Origin: Amoebidium appalachense
Lineage: Eukaryota; Protista; Ichthyosporea
Assembly: GCA_963693365.1 (NCBI GenBank)
Contig: CAVNZM010000010.1
Coordinates: 1,116,001-1,180,000, forward strand
Direction of reading: 5' to 3'
DNA: 64,000 nt
Shown here: in pieces, positions 46,503-58,324 of the stretch
Numbering within the stretch: the stretch's first letter is position 1
How the letters are laid out: every line of letters begins with the position of its first letter
Position numbers and translations under genes: made by a program
The notes under the pieces: model-generated
The model's input: only the letters and a program-made list of their open reading frames with translations
Told to the model about the DNA's origin: nothing
Database searches by the model: none

Positions 46503-49381
46503 GTTCCGGGGGAGGGGGAAGCTGGGGTCACTGAGGGAGGGGGGGGGGACAGTATCGGTCCCCCCCAGGTTGCAGAGAACCTTCACCCTCCCCCACCCCA
46601 GGTTAAGCTTCCCTTTGCCCCCTCACCGCCCCGATACGTGTGGGAGCCGGGCATCGTCGTGGGTCCTCAAGACAGCGTCGAGGTGGTATGGCATGAATGT
46701 TTGTGGGGTGACTCTACCAAAGGCATGAATGGTGTGAATGTTTTGTGGTTGGGGGAGGTTCCCCAGCCACAAGTGGATGGTCTCAGTGTTTCTTGTCCCA
46801 ACCCGGTGTTTGTTCTCACCACACCGGAGGGGGTTTCTGTGCCATTGTTTCCGGGAGGGGGGGGGACACACACGAGTAAAGGGGGAAGGGGGGGGGAAGG
46901 CACAGACACGTAGAAACACACCACCACAACAACATACGACGGTTGCAGACACACCTACACCCACACACACACCCACACATACACCAAACACACACACACC
47001 ACCCACCCACACATCACACACACACACTCCACCACCACCCACACCACATACACACCCCACCCCACCCGTGCAGGCACCACAGGTAGGTATGTTGCACGTA
47101 GGTATCGAGGGTGTGAGTCTTCGTGGGCAGGGATTGGGTGTGAGTGATGATGTGTTGCTTGAATTGGAGGAGGATTTAGTTGGTTTTAGCCGGCATTATA
47201 TAGACGTATGGTTAGCTGATGGTAAGTTGAAGGCTGTTGCTTTGCTCGATGGAGGGGCTCAGGTTAATTGTGTGCATGCTTCGTTTATTCGTCGTTTTAA
47301 TCAGGCCGGGGGGGAAATTCCTATTTTAGATGCCTCTAGCACAGCCTTAGGTAGTGCTAATAATAGCAGTATGTCTGTTGAAGGTGTTTGTGTGTTGCCG
47401 TGTGAGATAGGTGGCCAGGCTATGCATATTGCTTGTTATGTGGTTAAGGATTTAGCTCAAAGTGTTTTGTTGGGAGCCCCATTTTTCCGTAGACATGTGA
47501 ATGCTTTGTTTGAACGTACGAATGTTTTAGAATTGCAGTCCGGCGTTAAAATTAAAACCCATGATGGGCTCGACGGTTATCAGTCTGGTGCTAGAACGGT
47601 AGCTGAAGTAGTAATCGAGCCTTATCAGTGCCAAACGGTACGTGTCCGGGCCGGCAATCATGTTAGGATAGGGGATTTAGGGGTTTTTACTCCGAAAACC
47701 CCATTTCAGGAGGTGGCCCAATGGACCCTTAGTAGGGTATGGCCGGATAAGACATTAGAAATAGAATTAGTGAATCCGGGCATCGAGCCTATAGTGATTA
47801 GGTCAGGTGTTTCCGTCGGTAGTTTCACTAATGAGATTGGTAGTATAGAGGTCTCTCTTATTACCCAAAAGGAGGATGCCGGCTCGAAGGGTGACTCAGG
47901 AGGAGGGGGAACAACTTTATTTAACGTTAGCCACCAAAATGTCACCCGACACGATGGGGGGGGGGACCGGGACAGCACCGGTCCCACTCCCCCGACCCCC
48001 AAGAGGAAGGAGGGTCACCCCGGGTGTGAGAATGTGCAGGCAAGGGGGGAGGGTGTTGGTCTAACCCGTGGATCTGACGGGTTAACCAACACCGTGGGGG
48101 GCAGGGTGGCCACAGACCTGGCCCCCCACATACATGCACTAACTCATCAGGAATTGCCCGGGGGCATTGGTGTGCCGGGGGGAGGGGGGGGTGCTAAGGG
48201 TGACCGCCTATATCCGGAGGTACCTCAACCTCACCCCGAGCAGCACCGATGTAATACAGGAGGTGAAATGTTAAGTGGCACTCCGGTGAATAAGGATGCA
48301 TCCACTTGTGATGGGGGTAACCCGGAGTTAGTATTGCCGTTTGGTATGAAGGAGGGGGATTGGACGGTAGAACAGAAAAAATTGCTAGCTAAGTTATTTG
48401 ATAGGACTCGGTTTGCATTTCTGGCCGATGATAACGAAGTAGGCTTCGTTAAAGGGTTTGAAATGCAGATCGACACAGGTGATAATAGGCCGGTAGTGAT
48501 GCCTAGCTATAGAATGGAGCAGTATAAATTGTCGGATGCGCTAATAATAGTGAGTGATATGTTAAAAAAGGGTCATGTGGAGCATAGTTCGAGTCCGTGG
48601 AGAAGTCCGGTGCTATTGGTTAAGAAGCCCGACGGGTCTTGGCGCCTAGTGAACGATTACAGGGCTCTGAATCGGATCACTAAGGCAGACCAATGGCCTC
48701 TCCCTAACATAGACGAGCAGCTTTCACAGCTGCACGGCTATACTCACTTTGCTAAACTTGATTTAAAAGCAGCTTTTTGGCAGATAAGGTTGGAGGAGAG
48801 CAGCAAGGAGAAGACTGCCTTTGCACTGGGTGACCAGCTGTTCCAGTACAAGGTGGTGCCGATGGGTTTGCTCTCCTCTCCAGCTATGTTGTGCCGGGTA
48901 ATGTATAAAATTCTCCACCCTCATTTGGATGTATGCCACCCTTATTTGGATGATGTTTTAATTAAAGGTAGGTCATTTGAGGAGTTAGTTAATAATTGTG
49001 AAAAAGTATTTTTAGCTTTGGGTGAGTCTGGTCTTCGTATTAGCGGTAGCAAGACTGTGATTGGTGTGCCGGAGGTTAAGTTTTTAGGTCATATTGTGTC
49101 TAGTAATGGTCTTTCCCCTGATCCGGAGAAAATCCGGGCCATAGTTGAGTGGCCCCGTCCTCAGACTGTCACTCAACTAAGGCAATTTTTAGGTTTAACT
49201 AATTATCTTCGTCGTTATATTAAGGACTATAGTATGCTTGCTTTGCCGTTAACTAGTCAGACGGGGGGGGAGAAGAAGAATAGAATAGATTGGAATGTTG
49301 ATGCTGTTTCTGCTTTCGAAAAGCTTAAGTTAGCTTTGCAGTCTTCGAGTATGCTTGTTCATCCTGATTTTTCGGCCGGGG
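46503..49381 (+). CDS. pol 5' part of element X: aspartic protease, dUTPase-like beta segment, reverse transcriptase
   Basis: ALLDGGAQVN protease motif; SSPWRSPVLLVKKPDGSWRLVNDYRALN; LDLKAAFWQ; PYLDDVLI. One indel near 46860-46900 falls in G-runs. Confidence 0.92.
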
Positions 49382-49585
49382 GGGGGCCAGGTGATGATGA
49401 TCTTGTAGGGCACGGCCTTGATGGCCTCAGTCGTAACTTAGACTCAATCCGTACGGATCTAAGTTTGCCCGTCGGAGCCTGGTCTTAATAAACTTTACCG
49501 TTTTTCTGTACACGTTCGTTCCTTTTCGTGTGTGTACACTTAGTAGAGTGCCGCGTCTCTAGTACACATACATTAGGATACGACA
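49382..49585 (+). repeat. 3' fragment (~205 bp) of a haplotype-2 LTR inside pol
   Basis: Matches the 3' end of LTR B (cttgtaggg, cagtcgtaacttagactcaatcc). Ends ...GACA and is followed by gggatgttt, the continuation of RNase H. Confidence 0.93.
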
Positions 49586-51931
49586 GGGATGTTTAAAGTT
49601 CGGTGTGATGCAAGTAAGGTTGCTGAGGGGGCCGTGTTATATCAAGTGCAGGAGGGGCAGGATAGAGTGATTGCTTATGCTAGTCGTTCATTTAGTAAAA
49701 GTGAACGTAGATATAGCAATCCAGAGAGAGAGTCCCATGCTATCTTTTGGGCAGTCTCACAGGCATGGAGGTACATACTCGCAGGCAGGACGTTTGAGGT
49801 CTACACCGACCACAAGCCCTGCCTAGCCATGGCCGGCACCACTCGTCTGGTCAACGAGAGGATGCAGAAGTGGGCCGCGGCTCTCGGTGAGTTCTCCTAT
49901 AAATTGTTTTATGCCAAGGGTGAAACAATGGTTGACTGTGATGCTCTCTCTCGTGCTGCTTATATTTTGTTTGACGAAGAGAAGGAGGGGGAGGGGGGGG
50001 GATAGTGAGAGACGGGGGGGGAGGGGGGGAAGGGGGGGGGAGAGTGAGCAGAAAGGAATAGATGCTGTGTCTGTGGATGTGTCTTCTTGGGTTCCGGGGT
50101 TGCTTGCTTATAAGTGTAGGAGAGGGGGGGGAGGTATTTGTCAGTGTCTGAGGTCGGGACCGAGTCTCATGGCTCGGCCCCTGCCTTAGCACCTACGGCT
50201 TTGATCTTAGCTCAGGAGGAAGATGTGTTGATTGGTCTGGTTAAGAATTATTTAAAGGGGCCGGTTGATTCGATTAAATTTACAAATAAAAGGCAGATGA
50301 TTAAGGTAGCTAAGTTAGCAAAAATGTGTCAGGTAGAGCAGGATTTAGTTTATCATTGTTCTGGGCCAGACGGACACCGAGTTTGGGTCCCGACGGCACT
50401 TGTGCCTGAGGTTTTGCATATGGTGCATGAGCATCCCATGGCTGGTCATTTAGGTGTAAATAGGACGTTGCTTCGTGTTAATCGTTCGTATTTTTGGCCG
50501 GGTATGAGTAGGGAGGTGAGGGATTATGTGTTGTCATGCATGCATTGTCAGGAAAGGAATGAGAGTCCCCACTCTCGTTCCCGCCCGTCGTTTATTAGGG
50601 ATTTTAATGTTCGTATGTTTGAAAGGGTAGCAGTGGATGTGGTCGGTCCTTTTAATTTTACGGTTGAGGGTAACACTGTTCTTGTTACCGTCACCGATGT
50701 GGCCACTCGTTGGGTTGAAGTTTTTCCTCTCCCCACTGCTAATGCCGTTTTGTTTGCTCGTATTTTTGTGGATGAAATTTGTCTTAGGTTTGGTTGTCCT
50801 CGTGTTTTGTTAACGGATAGGAGTCGTGTGTTTTTAAATCAGTTGGTGTCGGAGGTGTGTAAAATTTTAAGGGTAGCTCATATCACTACGTCTGCATATC
50901 ACCCTCAAGCAAATGCCATCTCTGAACGTGTGCATGCAGTGTTTCAGAAGTCCTTTGGCAAAATGGTGGATGTGGAGGCTAATGATTGGGATCATATGTC
51001 TAGGTTTATTGCTCATTCATATAATTCTACCCCTCATGCTGTGACTGGTTTTTCTCCGTTTTATTTGGTCTATGGGCAGGAGGCTATTAGTTTGTTAGAT
51101 ACGGCACTTTTGCCGATGGGGGGGGCTGACCGACTAACTTATCCCCACTGGACTGAGTTCCGGGAGCAGCTACTAACCCGGGCCCGGGCTGCACGTGATG
51201 CAGCTCTGGCCCGTACACAGCAGGCACAGGCACGTACAGACGTGTCCACACGTCCGTTACGTGAATTTGCCGAGGGTACTTTAGTTTTAATTAGGGATCA
51301 TACTAGGAAGAAGAGATATAAGCAGGAGCAGGAAGGTAAGGGTGAAGGTGAAGGTCTTCGTAAGTATGGTAAGAAATGGTTGCCTCTTTTTATCGGTCCG
51401 TATAAAATAGTGGCTAGGTTAGGTCCGACGGAATATAAGGTGCAGAGGTTAGATAATGAGAGTGATGTTAGATTTTATAATGTAGATGATATAAAGGAAT
51501 ATTATGATAGGGCCCTTAGGGTTAAACGGCCGGAGGGCCGTCGAGTGTTAGATGCATTCACCCCCGACTATGACGGGTCGGTGGATGTATCGGAGGCTGC
51601 AGTAGATAAAATTATGGATAAAAAGGTTATCGAAGGTAAGGAAGGTAAGGTAAATTATTATTTAATTCGTTTTGAGGGAGGTTATCAGGAAGATCAGTGG
51701 TTGCCTGAGTTTCATTTGGATTGCCCGTTTTCTATTCGTGCTTATGAGGCTAGATTAGTGCAGAGGGAGTTGCCTAGTGCTCCCTCTCGGCCAAAGAGAG
51801 TTATTCCTCAGTTTAATCGTGGTGTGAAAAAGTCGGTGGGGGAGGGGGCCGGGGGGGGGAGTGATGCAAATACACGTAGACACACGGGGGGAGGGGGAGG
51901 GGAGGGGGAGGGAGACCGAGGAGGAGTGTGA
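49586..51931 (+). CDS. RNase H + integrase + chromodomain of nested element Y (frame break in G-runs at ~49990-50040)
   Basis: CDASK..GAVL, YSNPERE, YTDHKP; HHCC (HEHPMAGH...CMHC); DDE core (VDVVGP, TDRS, SER); GPY motif; chromodomain VDKIMDK...YLIRFEG...QWLPE..LDCP. Confidence 0.92.
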
Positions 51932-52134
51932 ACGTAGTCGTAGGAATTTAATTTATTATCATAGGTGTCTCCGTAGGTATCAAGCTTATGGTGTAGATTA
52001 ATTTATTATTTTTCTTCGTAATTTATTTAATTTAATTTTTTTTTAGGAGACTGATTAGTCTATGTCTTTTTAGGGGGTGTTAGATGTAATGTGACTGAGG
52101 TGGGACTCAGCTTTTCCGGGGGCCGGGGGGGAGT

Positions 52135-52850
52135 TGACATATACTAATCCGTCTCAGCAGATTAGCCTAAGTCTACGATCGAGATCGGGGGGGGGGGGGG
52201 GGGGGGGTGGCCCGGGTCCACAGATCATCAAGATCAAGTCCGGGGCCTCAAGATAGCTGTACAGCTGCGTGCATCTTGCCTCTGCCGGCGCAGGGCATTG
52301 GACCACGTCAGCCGGGACAGCCGTCCAATAGAATTCTAATTAGTGTGTAGGATAGATCGTAGGAGGACTTAGGAATGTCATTGTTCGGGCAGAAGCCCTT
52401 TTGTAAGGATTGGCAAGGTTTGATAGTATATGTTGCCAAACGTATTTATATATTTAGATGTAGAGGAAAGGGGGGGGAGGGAGGGGGGGGGAGGATAGTA
52501 TGAAATGTAGATTTAGACTCTGCGGTGCCACTAGGGGGAGGGTGAGGGGTGAGACTTGGATAAATATATTAGTTGAGTAGATCGACTTAGCTCGTGCAGG
52601 CGCACGATAAAAGTAGATCGGAATGTTAATGGAATGTGGCATCGTAGGGGGCCAGGTGATGATGATCTTGTAGGGCACGGCCTTGATGGCCTCAGTCGTA
52701 ACTTAGACTCAATCCGTACGGATCTAAGTTTGCCCGTCGGAGCCTGGTCTTAATAAACTTTACCGTTTTTCTGTACACGTTCGTTCCTTTTCGTGTGTGT
52801 ACACTTAGTAGAGTGCCGCGTCTCTAGTACACATACATTAGGATACGACA
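52135..52850 (+). repeat. LTR B (haplotype 2), 3' LTR of nested element Y
   Basis: Preceded by the PPT ggggggagt and followed by gggatgttt rather than host DNA. Confidence 0.95.
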
Positions 52851-55139
52851 GGGATGTTTAAAGTTCGGTGTGATGCAAGTAAGGTTGCTGAGGGGGCCGT
52901 GTTATATCAAGTGCAGGAGGGGCAGGATAGAGTGATTGCTTATGCTAGTCGTTCATTTAGTAAAAGTGAACGTAGATATAGCAATCCAGAGAGAGAGTCC
53001 CATGCTATCTTTTGGGCAGTCTCACAGGCATGGAGGTACATACTCGCAGGCAGGACGTTTGAGGTCTACACCGACCACAAGCCCTGCCTAGCCATGGCCG
53101 GCACCACTCGTCTGGTCAACGAGAGGATGCAGAAGTGGGCCGCGGCTCTCGGTGAGTTCTCCTATAAATTGTTTTATGCCAAGGGTGAAACAATGGTTGA
53201 CTGTGATGCTCTCTCTCGTGCTGCTTATATTTTGTTTGACGAAGAGAAGGAGGGGGAGGGGGGGGATAGTGAGAGACGGGGGGGGGGAGGGGGGGGGGAA
53301 GGGGGGGGAGAGTGAGCAGAAAGGAATAGATGCTGTGTCTGTGGATGTGTCTTCTTGGGTTCCGGGGTTGCTTGCTTATAAGTGTAGGAGAGGGGGGGGG
53401 AGGTATTTGTCAGTGTCTGAGGTCGGGACCGAGTCTCATGGCTCGGCCCCTGCCTTAGCACCTACGGCTTTGATCTTAGCTCAGGAGGAAGATGTGTTGA
53501 TTGGTCTGGTTAAGAATTATTTAAAGGGGCCGGTTGATTCGATTAAATTTAAAAATAAAAGGCAGATGATTAAGGTAGCTAAGTTAGCAAAAATGTGTCA
53601 GGTAGAGCAGGATTTAGTTTATCATTGTTCTGGGCCAGACGGACACCGAGTTTGGGTCCCGACGGCACTTGTGCCTGAGGTTTTGCATATGGTGCATGAG
53701 CATCCCATGGCTGGTCATTTAGGTGTAAATAGGACGTTGCTTCGTGTTAATCGTTCGTATTTTTGGCCGGGTATGAGTAGGGAGGTGAGGGATTATGTGT
53801 TGTCATGCATGCATTGTCAGGAAAGGAATGAGAGTCCCCACTCTCGTTCCCGCCCGTCGTTTATTAGGGATTTTAATGTTCGTATGTTTGAAAGGGTAGC
53901 AGTGGATGTGGTCGGTCCTTTTAATTCTACGGTTGAGGGTAACACTGTTCTTGTTACCGTCACCGATGTGGCCACTCGTTGGGTTGAAGTTTCGATTATC
54001 CTCTCCCCACTGCTAATGCCGTTTTGTTTGCTCGTATTTTTGTGGATGAAATTTGTCTTAGGTTTGGTTGTCCTCGTGTTTTGTTAACGGATAGGAGTCG
54101 TGTGTTTTTAAATCAGTTGGTGTCGGAGGTGTGTAAAATTTTAAGGGTAGCTCATATCACTACGTCTGCATATCACCCTCAAGCAAATGCCATCGCTGAA
54201 CGTGTGCATGCCGTGTTTCAGAAGTCCTTTGGCAAAATGGTGGATGTGGAGGCTAATGATTGGGATCATATGTCTCGGTTTTTTGCTCATTCATATAATT
54301 CTACCCCTCATGCTGTGACTGGTTTTTCTCCGTTTTATTTGGTCTATGGGCAGGAGGCTATTAGTTTGTTAGATACGGCACTTTTGCCGATGGGGGGGGC
54401 TGACCGACTAACTTATCCCCACTGGACTGAGTTCCGGGAGCAGCTACTAACCCGGGCCCGGGCTGCACGTGATGCAGCTCTGGCCCGTACACAGCAGGCA
54501 CAGACACGGGCAGACGTGTCCACACGTCCGTTACGTGAATTTGCCGAGGGTACTTTAGTTTTAATTAGGGATCATACTAGGAAAAAGAGATATAAGCAGG
54601 AGCAGGAAGGTAAGGGTGAAGGTGAAGGTCTTCGTAAGTATGGTAAGAAATGGTTGCCTCTTTTTATCGGTCCGTATAAAATAGTGGCTAGGTTAGGTCC
54701 GACGGAATATAAGGTGCAGAGGTTAGATAATGAGAGTGATGTTAGATTTTATAATGTAGATGATATAAAGGAATATTATGATAGGGCCCTTAGGGTTAAA
54801 CGGCCGGAGGGCCGTCGAGTGTTAGATGCATTCACCCCCGACTATGACGGGTCGGTGGATGTATCGGAGGCTGCAGTAGATAAAATTATGGATAAAAAGG
54901 TTATCGAAGGTAAGGAAGGTAAGGTAAATTATTATTTAATTCGTTTTGAGGGAGGTTATCAGGAAGATCAGTGGTTGCCTGAGTTTCATTTGGATTGCCC
55001 GTTTTCTATTCGTGCTTATGAGGCTAGATTAGTGCAGAGGGAGTTGCCTAGTGCTCCCTCTAGGCCAAAGAGAGTTATTCCTCAGTTTAATCGTGGTGTG
55101 AAAAAGTCGGTGGGGGGAGGGGGCCGGGGGGGGGAGTGA
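52851..55139 (+). pseudogene. RNase H + integrase + chromodomain of element X (net +5-nt insertion at ~53993)
   Basis: Same domains with private variants (KFKNK, FNSTV, AIAER, RFFAH, QTRAD) that differ from the copies at 50138 and 61682. Confidence 0.9.
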
Positions 55140-55404
55140 TGCAAATACACGTAGACACACGGGGGGAGGGGGAGGGGGGGAGGAGACCGAGGAGGAGTGT
55201 GAACGTAGTCGTAGGAATTTAATTTATTATCATAGGTGTCTCCGTAGGTATCAAGCTTATGGTGTAGATTAATTTATTATTTTTCTTCGTAATTTATTTA
55301 ATTTAATTTTTTTAGGAGACTGATTAGTCTATGTCTTTTTAGGGGGTGTTAGATGTAATGTGACTGAGGTGGGACTCAGCTTTTCCGGGGGCCGGGGGGG
55401 GAGT

Positions 55405-56113
55405 TGACATATACTAATCCGTCTCAGCAGATTAGCCTAAGTCTACGATCGAGATCGGGGGGGGGGGGGGGGGTGGCCCGGGTCCACAGATCATCAAGAT
55501 CAAGTCCGGGGCCTCAAGATAGCTGTACAGCTGCGTGCATCTTGCCTCTGCCGGCGCAGGGCATTGGACCACGTCAGCCGGGACAGCCGACCAATAGAAT
55601 TCTAATTAGTGTGTAGGATAGATCGTAGGAGGACTTAGGAATGTGATTGTTCGGGCAGAAGCCCTTTTGTAAGTATTGGCAAGGTTAGATAGTGTTTGTT
55701 GCCAAACGTATTTATATATTTAGATGTAGAGGAAAGGGGGGGAGGGGAGGGGGGGGAGGATAGTATGAAATGTAGATTTAGACTCTGCGGTGCCACTAGG
55801 GGGAGGGTGAGGGGGTGAGACATGGATAAATATATTAGTTGAGTAGATCGACTTAGCTCGTGCAGGCGCACGATAAAAGTAGATCGGAATGTTTGGAATG
55901 TGGCATCGTAGGGGGCCAGGTGATGATGATCTTTGAGGGCACGGCCTTGATGGCCTCAGTGGTAACTTAGTGTGATTCCGTACGGATCTAAGTTTGCCCG
56001 TCGGAGCCTGGTCTGAATAAACTTTACCGTTTTTCTGTACACGTTCGTTCCTTTTCGTGTGTGTACACTTAGTAGAGTGCCGCGTCTCTAGTACACATAC
56101 ATTAGGATACGAC
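55405..56113 (+). repeat. LTR C (haplotype 1), 3' LTR of element X; terminal A missing
   Basis: Same haplotype as LTR A. Ends ...ggatacgac, then ccc, then TGAC of LTR D. Confidence 0.93.
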
Positions 56114-56116
56114 CCC

Positions 56117-56831
56117 TGACATATACTAATCCGTCTCAGCAGATTAGCCTAAGTCTACGATCGAGATCGGGGGGGGGGGGGGGGGGGGGGTGGCCCGGGT
56201 CCACAGATCATCAAGATCAAGTCCGGGGCCTCAAGATAGCTGTACAGCTGCGTGCATCTTGCCTCTGCCGGCGCAGGGCATTGGACCACGTCAGCCGGGA
56301 CAGCCGTCCAATAGAATTCTAATTAGTGTGTAGGATAGATCGTAGGAGGACTTAGGAATGTGATTGTTCGGGCAGAAGCCCTTTTGTAAGGATTGGCAAG
56401 GTTTGATAGTATATGTTGCCAAACGTATTTATATATTTAGATGTAGAGGAAAGGGGGGGAGGGAGGGGGGGAGGATAGTATGAAATGTAGATTTAGACTC
56501 TGCGGTGCCACTAGGGGGAGGGGTGAGGGGTGAGACTTGGATAAATATATTAGTTGAGTAGATCGACTTAGCTCGTGCAGGCGCACGATAAAAGTAGATC
56601 GGAATGTTAATGGAATGTGGCATCGTAGGGGGCCAGGTGATGATGATCTTGTAGGGCACGGCCTTGATGGCCTCAGTCGTAACTTAGACTCAATCCGTAC
56701 GGATCTAAGTTTGCCCGTCGGAGCCTGGTCTTAATAAACTTTACCGTTTTTCTGTACACGTTCGTTCCTTTTCGTGTGTGTACACTTAGTAGAGTGCCGC
56801 GTCTCTAGTACACATACATTAGGATACGACA
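56117..56831 (+). repeat. LTR D (haplotype 2)
   Basis: TG...CA ends; near-identical to LTR B. Confidence 0.95.
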
Positions 56832-56920
56832 AGCTACACCTTTCTTTTAGTGCGGTTTTTCGCGCTAGGGTAACGCGGTGACAGTTCCTTCTGGGCTGTT
56901 GCTACACCTCAAACACACAG

Positions 56921-56951
<31 letters not shown>

Positions 56952-56989
56952 ATAAACACAACCACACGAGTTAGGGCACACACCACACA

Positions 56990-58324
56990 ATGGCTAAGTT
57001 TAACGTAGACATGTTCTACGCATTGGCAGCGGAGGATAGCTCCCTGCACACACAGGTACCACAGGTTCATACACTAGACGTTAGACAGACCACAGCTTTC
57101 AGTTTTACACTCAAACACGACTCGGAAATACCTAGGTGGCTTAGGACACTCCTAGCTAACACACCCACACTAGTGTTAGACACAAAGAAGGCCCCCACTG
57201 TGGCGGCCTCGTGCTTAATGATCAAACAGTGCATCGACCACAAAACAATGGCCGACTTATGCACCCTGATGGAGGAGCACCCGTACCGGGCCGAGCAGGC
57301 CCCCCAGGTGACGGCTCGTATATACGAGCAGCAGTACGACGAGGGGAGGGACGAGATGGTGTCCCGGACACTCGGCCAGAAACGTCTGGCCGCACGGTTC
57401 ATCCCCGACGACGAGGACGAGAACAGCACCGACGACGTGGACGGGGAGCTCGAGGCCTTCACACGGCCGGAAAACGAGCTCGAGTATACGGCCCGGCTCG
57501 TCGGCCGATACCTGACGGCCGACCGGCGCCGTACCTTCCGGGCCCAGCTCAGAGAATGGAAGTATACCTTTCCCACTTTAGATATGTCCCCCGTAGAAGC
57601 TCGTGCATTCTTTGAGAGGGAATATCGGGTCTTTGAAGACCTTTGTGAGTTAGCTGGTGACGTGAGTGATAGGGAAAAATTCGAGTTTGCTCGTAAGGCT
57701 CTCTCTGTAAACACAGACACTGCACGCATGTTTGGGGAGCATGATGATGTAGATGAGGTGGTGTTGCATGTTAAACGTCACTTGCTTGCCATGCACGAGG
57801 TGAAGTTCAATAAGAGGGATAAAAAGGAGGTGATGGAAGTAGACAAGAAAAAGAAGGAGAGTGGACAGAAGGGGGAAAAAGAGAAAAAAGAGGGTGAACA
57901 GCCAGATGCACTCACCATGTTGGTCAAGCAGGTTGCCGAGCTCTCCCAGGCCGTCTTTTCTGGCCGAGGGGGCTTCGGCTTCCGGGGTGGCCGTGGCGGC
58001 GACCGGGGTGGACACGGCGGTCGTGGCCGAGGTGGACGTGGAGGACAACAGCAGCAGTTCACCGAGAGGTTTGCCCCTTATCTTGCTCGTGGTGGTGGGC
58101 AGGGTAGAGGGAGGGGTGGAAATGGTGGTGAGAGAGGCCGAGGGGGGCAGGGGGGAAGGGGGGGCCGTGGTGCACACGGTGGGCCCCCCCAGCATGACCG
58201 GGCTCCCGGTTATGCTTTGCGCCAAGGTTTTGAAGTCCCCCCTGGCCCCTTCTTTGGTGCATGTTACTTTTGTGGCCGGCAAGGGCACTCTGCTGCATAT
58301 TGCCGTAGTTACAAGAGCTATTGA
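56990..58324 (+). CDS. gag: Gag (444 aa) with RGG-rich region and CCHC zinc knuckle
   Basis: Intact ORF ending CYFCGRQGHSAAYC-RSYKSY-TGA. Confidence 0.92.
   Translation: MAKFNVDMFYALAAEDSSLHTQVPQVHTLDVRQTTAFSFTLKHDSEIPRWLRTLLANTPTLVLDTKKAPTVAASCLMIKQCIDHKTMADLCTLMEEHPYRAEQAPQVTARIYEQQYDEGRDEMVSRTLGQKRLAARFIPDDEDENSTDDVDGELEAFTRPENELEYTARLVGRYLTADRRRTFRAQLREWKYTFPTLDMSPVEARAFFEREYRVFEDLCELAGDVSDREKFEFARKALSVNTDTARMFGEHDDVDEVVLHVKRHLLAMHEVKFNKRDKKEVMEVDKKKKESGQKGEKEKKEGEQPDALTMLVKQVAELSQAVFSGRGGFGFRGGRGGDRGGHGGRGRGGRGGQQQQFTERFAPYLARGGGQGRGRGGNGGERGRGGQGGRGGRGAHGGPPQHDRAPGYALRQGFEVPPGPFFGACYFCGRQGHSAAYCRSYKSY

Larger units (their letters stand above)
44300..56113 (+). mobile_element. Ty3/Gypsy (chromodomain-integrase) LTR retrotransposon, element X, interrupted in pol by nested copies of its own family
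   Basis: LTRs 44300-45003 and 55405-56113 share the same diagnostic haplotype (ccgaccaat, aagtattggcaaggttag, cagtggtaacttagtgtgattcc, tctgaataaa). Domain order is gag-PR-RT / RH-IN-CHD. A C-run lies on the left and ccc on the right. Confidence 0.9.

Noticed and set aside
58322-58324. UGA reassigned to a sense codon (alternative genetic code)
   Set aside because: No in-frame TGA appears in any reconstructed host exon, and TGA appears to terminate the integrase ORFs and the ankyrin gene model.
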